This document shows positions 58,146 through 64,000 of a stretch of DNA of 64,000 nucleotides, in pieces. Within the stretch, counting starts at the first letter, position 1, and every line of letters begins with the position of its first letter. The position numbers were made by a program, and so were the translations under genes. This DNA comes from Eledone cirrhosa (lineage: Eukaryota), in the NCBI GenBank assembly GCA_964016885.1, contig CAXHJY010000449.1, forward strand, positions 73,409 through 137,408. The letters are read 5' to 3'. A model generated the notes under the pieces. That model made no database searches. It was not told where the DNA came from and saw only the letters and a list, made by a program, of their open reading frames with translations.

Positions 58146-58660
58146 AATATTAAGGATACTATTTATGGTTATGTATATACTAAAACTTTTTATAGTTATG
58201 TATATTTTAAACCCTAAACAGTGAAGGTCAGTAATTTATTACTACCTTATTACCAGTAAGATAAATAACTCAATGTAATAACATCAGTTGTTCTACAGAG
58301 CAGTTATATAGAATTCACAAGAATCAAAGCTATGTTCAAAGCATTTATTCACTTACAATTGTTTCATCCAAACCTAGGCTTGGAGTCTTCGGAGCATTTT
58401 TCAATGTTTGTACACATAATTAACCTCTTTTCCAACGCAAGAGACATACAGATACATATATATATATTGATGTACAGTGGAGTGACATATATTATACTAT
58501 ATTATTTCTGTATAGCAATTCAAATTCAAAATCAAATTCAAAATTAAAATTAAAATTAAAACAAAATTAAAATACATTCGGCAGTTAACACAGATAATGC
58601 AAGAAGATAGTTTGTTAGTCAGATGTAGTAGTTAGTGTATGCGTTAGTTACACGTGGGGC

Positions 58661-59027
58661 ATGCAAGTGTGTCTCATTTAAATATGATTATTGTGTGGCA
58701 GGGTGTTACATGTAATACAAGCACTTTAAGCGGGTAAGAGTATTGTGGTGGTTGTAGTGGTAAGGTATTTCTTGTATATAATAAAAAAAAGTATGTGTGC
58801 AGAAAAATAAAAATAAAAATAAAAATAAATTAAAAATAAAAATAAAAATAAAAATAAAAAGGAGAAGCAAAACAAGTTATGGTTTTCGGTTTGCTTCTCC
58901 TTTTATTTTTATTTTCCTGCACACATACTTTTTTATTATATACAAAAAATACCTTACCAAAAAGTGCTTGTATTACATGTAACAATATGCCACACAATAA
59001 TCATATATAAATGAGACACACTTGCAT
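58661..59027. repeat. Imperfect inverted repeat (arms about 58661-58872 and 58890-59027)
   Basis: atgcaagtgtgtctcattta...aaggagaagcaaa mirrored by tttgcttctcctt...taaatgagacacacttgcat, with indels. Confidence 0.82.
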
Positions 59028-59126
59028 ATATACTTATATATATATACACACATATATATATATATATTTATATATATATATACTTATATATATATATACT
59101 TATATATATATATATAAGTATGTATA

Positions 59127-59161
<35 letters not shown>

Positions 59162-59200
59162 TTATATATATACTTATATATATATATATATATATATATA

Positions 59201-59233
<33 letters not shown>

Positions 59234-59258
59234 TTATATATATATATATATATATACT

Positions 59259-59303
<45 letters not shown>

Positions 59304-59564
59304 TTATATATATATATACTTATATATATATATATATACTTATATATATATATACTTATATATATATATATATATATACACATATATATATACATATATA
59401 TATACTTATATATACATATATATGTTCATATACATACATATATATATGTATATGAGTGTGTGTGTGTACATATATGTGTGTGTATACACGTATAATATAC
59501 ATACAAACATACACCCCTCACACACACAAATATATATATATTTATATATATGCGTGTGTGTGTG

Positions 59565-59666
<102 letters not shown>

Positions 59667-59940
59667 TACACATCAATCAGTCATCTACCGTGCTTTGGGG
59701 ATCGTTTTCGAAAGAAATAATGAAAGAAAAGAAAATGGGTGTAAAGGAAGGCGTCCGGGTTAATGGCGTGAGAATATGATTGATCCTCACTGTTGCTTTC
59801 AGAAATTAAAGATAACTCGTGTTTTGATAAATCTAATAACTGTGCTACTTAGTTTGTTTAACCCTCAGCGACATCCCGTACGCAGATATGTATATTATAT
59901 TATATATATATATATATATGTGTATATATATATATATGTG

Positions 59941-60032
<92 letters not shown>

Positions 60033-60069
60033 TGTGTGAGTGTGTGTGTTTGTGTGTGTGTCTGTTTGT

Positions 60070-60153
<84 letters not shown>

Positions 60154-60248
60154 ATATATATATAGAGAGAGAGATATATATACACACATATACATACACA
60201 TATATATATTATATATGTATATATTATATATATATATATATGTCTACA

Positions 60249-60326
<78 letters not shown>

Positions 60327-60333
<7 letters not shown>

Positions 60334-60604
60334 GTGAGGTTTTTTTACAAAATGAAAAATAACCGAGGTGTCCTACACGAGTGAAAGTGTAAAGAAAAAA
60401 AGATGAAATCGAAAATGCAACTGGAGTCTTATTTAAAAAATATATATATTTATATTGTTCCTTTACCGGTTTCGCAGTTCTTCTGCTTTTCAAAAGTAGA
60501 GTTGAAAAGCAGAAGAACTGCGAAACCGGTAAAGGAACCAAATAAATATATATATATATTTTTTAAATAAGACTCCAGTTGCATTTTCGATTTCATCTTT
60601 TTTT

Positions 60605-60608
<4 letters not shown>
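60327..60608. mobile_element. Foldback family A copy with an 8-bp spacer; two back-to-back HHR-like folds (60461-60496 minus, 60502-60534 plus)
   Basis: Same left terminus ttagaaagtgagg as the 19057 copy; flanked by (TA)n. Confidence 0.82.
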
Positions 60609-60657
<49 letters not shown>

Positions 60658-60660
60658 CAT

Positions 60661-60719
<59 letters not shown>

Positions 60720-60723
<4 letters not shown>

Positions 60724-63600
60724 ATAATAATAAATTTGAAGACTAAAATCCAAAAAGGGCTCGATAAGGATAAATATATATCAAATATATAAGAACCGTA
60801 GAGCAAATATTTATTAAAATAACAGATTAAAGTTTAAGCAAAGAATCGCTGCTTTCATCCTTAACGGGATCTTAAAAGAAATGAATACAAAGAGTTTAAA
60901 ACCGTTAAAACATGTTTATATAATAGTGCGCCTACGTACGTTTCGCCCTGAGTGGCTTATCAAGGGCATGGAAAGTAAAATAATGATCAATATAGGATGC
61001 AGGAGGGAATTCACGGTTAAATTAACATCATCATTCATTTTTTCCCCTCTGTGCATGTGTTTTTATTATCACAGAGCAGGGGGAGTAACTCTGGCCGGTG
61101 TTCAAGCAATCAGTCACATGTGGATTTTTATGCCTGTTCATATGCTGGTGTTTAGCATCTTTATATTATGTATGTTGTTTCACTAGTACCAGTACAGGTC
61201 GGGTCTGGGGTGTCCATTTATTATTTAGTGGATGTTGCTTCACTAATGTTTGTTCGAGTATGGTCTGCGGTGTACATTTGGTTCACAGATGTTTGTTCAT
61301 ACTGCCTGCCCACCGGGGTGTTATGGTTCGGGCAAGGGGACCCAGTTCGTAGTTTTCATGTCACAGTCGCCTCCCAGGCAAAATACTACGCCTGCACCCG
61401 GTGTTTACAATTAATAACTGATTCTGCTCGGTTGTTTATGAGCTCGTGGGGTGTTCTTATGATGTAGTACAGCTCCATGAGGCAGAGCTGGCATTTCCCC
61501 CTGAACTTGTAGGGTGCAGCCCTACTGACAATATCCCAGTGTGTGGAGAAGCTTATGTTGGCGTCTTACAGTGTGGTGACGTAGTTGGCAAGCGATGTGG
61601 AGTACCTTAATTTTTTGTTCCTGAAAGAGTGGAGATGCGTTCTAAATCTCGTTTTAAACTGGCCAGAGGTGGCTCCTATATAGTGTTTAACTCCGCTATG
61701 GCTAGTTACGGTGCACCTATAAATAATCTTATCAGTCAGGCAGTTTCCCCTGAGAAGGAAGCCTCCCCTGACACGACAGTTGCATTTTCCGTCACGGTCG
61801 CTCCCAGTTCTTAAAGTAAAGCTATTACTATTGCTATCTATGTCTCTAACTCTGTCATTGGTACTGTTATCTCTCAAGGCATGCGGTGGTGTACCATTAT
61901 TATTCCGCACGCCGCAGCCCGTTCTTCTGCCGGTGGGTGACGCGTATGGGTCGCCGGTATATTCTCCAATCACGCCCTGGTTACGTGGGTTTCGTCTGCC
62001 GAGGTAGCCATCCACCCTATTTGGTGCTGTTAGGGGGATGTTAAGGTTATTAGTGTTGTTGTCAGGTCTAGATGTATCTGTGCTAAGGTGTAGTGTTTTG
62101 TTAATCTTACTGTGATTAGTTGCTCCTATGATTGGGGGTGGTAGAGAAGGATATTTTGATATTGTTCCTGTTAAGTATTTTTCTGTATTTATGATTAGGT
62201 GGGAAATTTCTCTCCAAGGCTTCGAAGAATATCCTCAGTACGTCGGAGGCCACACTCCGAGAGTGAGGTGGGGGGTGGAACCATATGATGCTACGGTGGC
62301 GTTTCCGCTTTACAGTGGGTTTGCTACAGGTTGTGCTTCCTAGTTGACAGTACTTACGGTTGTTCCTGTGCTGTAGCCGGTTATGCGTCTCCATTACTCT
62401 ATGTGTGGCTAGACGCAGGTTGGAGGGTGTTGGTAATAGGCCGCCTCAGTTGCTGGTCTTATAGTTAGAGAATAACTTTAATAGGCTGCAGCGGGTGGCG
62501 TTACCAATCGGGTAACACTTACCATACTGTCGGTTGTCTTGGTCGCCACTCATGTAATTAACGGTGTGGCCAAGTTTCTTAGCGTGGTTCTCTATACTAT
62601 AGTTCTTGACGCTGTCATGGCTGTAGCGTGCTCTGTTATAGGTATGGCTCACTATAACATTAGTCCTACGTTGGGGTTGGTTTCTAGAGCTAGCGTTAAG
62701 GATGTAGGATATTTTCCGGTTAAAACCGACATTTAGTAAAGCCTTATTGTAATATTCGGCCGCTTGGTTGAAGATATCTTCATTGGCGGAGAGCCTTGCG
62801 ATCCTATGGGATATGCTATATACTATGGAGTTGAGAGTAGACTTAGGGTGGTTAGATGCATAGTTTATATAGGACAGGATCTCACCGGGCTTATGGTATG
62901 GCTTGTATAGGTCCGTACTCAACTCCAGGGTTACGTCTAGGAAATTGACTATTTGGTGGTTGAGGTCCATGGTCACTGATAGGCCATATGTCTTAAAGAA
63001 CCTGTGTATACGCTTGTTAAGGTTCTCTATCCTGCGGGGGCTGTGGCTTCGCACGGTAAACAGGGCATCGTCCCTATATACCTCGCCCTGTAGGGCCGGT
63101 ATTTCGTCCCTAATTCTATGGAGGAGGTATATCCCGACCAGGTCGGTTACTTGCGCCGAGTCGGATTGTTGGATTGTCTTGCTACTGGTTATCACATAAT
63201 CCTGCCACATTGGACCAGATGGAAGTCGTTAGATTCGGCAGGTAGTCCATCTAGGAAAAGGAAAGCTCTGAATCAAAACCCCCGCTGCCTTACAGTAGTT
63301 TCCAATCATGGGAAAGCTTTAGGAGTAAATCTTGAGGAAAAAAAGGCAGTTCGTCGCTGGTTACAACTTCGTTTTGCCCGCTCCTGCGACAGCGCTGCTG
63401 CAAATATTGTAGCAGCCTCGCTGTTCCTTTGGATATAGTAGCGTTGAGGAGAGTGAGGGCATGCTGCATGGGCAACATCCTGTCTTCCAAATCACATCAC
63501 CCAGGCTTGTATCCAGCCACTCCAAGGGTCGTCAATACACGAGCGTCCACACCGTGACCCGGGAAGTATCGACAAGATCAACTCGATCAACAAGCTATTG
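60720..63600 (-). mobile_element. Decayed Penelope-like retroelement (RT plus GIY-YIG endonuclease), 5'-truncated
   Basis: RT motifs DSAQVTDLVG, YRDDAL, VNFLDVTL and YINYASNHP; linker IIWFHPP...ILNRNNIKISFSTTPN; GIY-YIG CNC...CLTDKIIYRC...YIGATSGQFKTRF; after an in-frame stop CQLCLME...INNRAE...CKH (to about 61385); multiple frameshifts. Confidence 0.9.
60927..60968 (-). ncRNA. Hammerhead ribozyme with a U3-A8 core in the 3' terminal region of the PLE (predicted)
   Basis: Minus strand: tgccc UUGAUAA gcc-actcag-ggc GAAA cgtacg UA ggcgca; palindromic ACGUACGU; same strand as the PLE ORF. Confidence 0.7.
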
Positions 63601-63792
63601 CTAATCCTATCACCAACACAGGCAACAGTCTAGTCAAGTACATAAGATGTAAAGATGAAAATTATTTCAACTAAAGGAAATATTTTATTATAAATTGCAT
63701 GAGGGAATGACTAGATTATAAATTATGAATATAAGACTTACTATTACTGTAGATAGAGAACATTAATGATTATGGAAAACTGTGTGTGTGAG

Positions 63793-63831
<39 letters not shown>

Positions 63832-63884
63832 TTATATACGTACATATACGTACATATATATATACATATACGTACATATATATA

Positions 63885-63949
<65 letters not shown>

Positions 63950-64000
63950 TACATATATCTATCTATATCTATTGTTCTAGGCATGGTGAACTAACCGTTG

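Overview
AT-rich, microsatellite-saturated animal genomic DNA. The (TA)n/(CA)n/(GA)n load and the SINE family suggest an octopus-like cephalopod, but this is inference. The only host coding sequence I can support is the large terminal exon (369-1762, +) of a CNGA-type cyclic-nucleotide-gated channel. Almost all other listed ORFs are translations of simple repeats. The rest of the window is mobile or repetitive: about 20 copies or fragments of a tRNA-derived SINE, fragments of RTE, Tx1/L1-like and CRE-like LINEs, Tc1/mariner, pogo-like and hAT-like MITEs, several minisatellites, and a decayed Penelope-like element (PLE; RT plus GIY-YIG, 60.7-63.6 kb, minus strand). The main unannotated signal is a dense set of short non-coding elements lodged in (TA)n tracts, often as head-to-head inverted arms, which carry minimal type I hammerhead ribozyme (HHR) folds. 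I read about 15 such folds by eye in at least 8 sequence families. They include canonical CUGAnGA cores, a recurring U3-A8 compensated core (UUGAnAA, also present in the PLE terminus), a shared CCGAnGA core, and one HHR with an 85-nt stem II region. All folds were read manually; none has been tested computationally or for cleavage.
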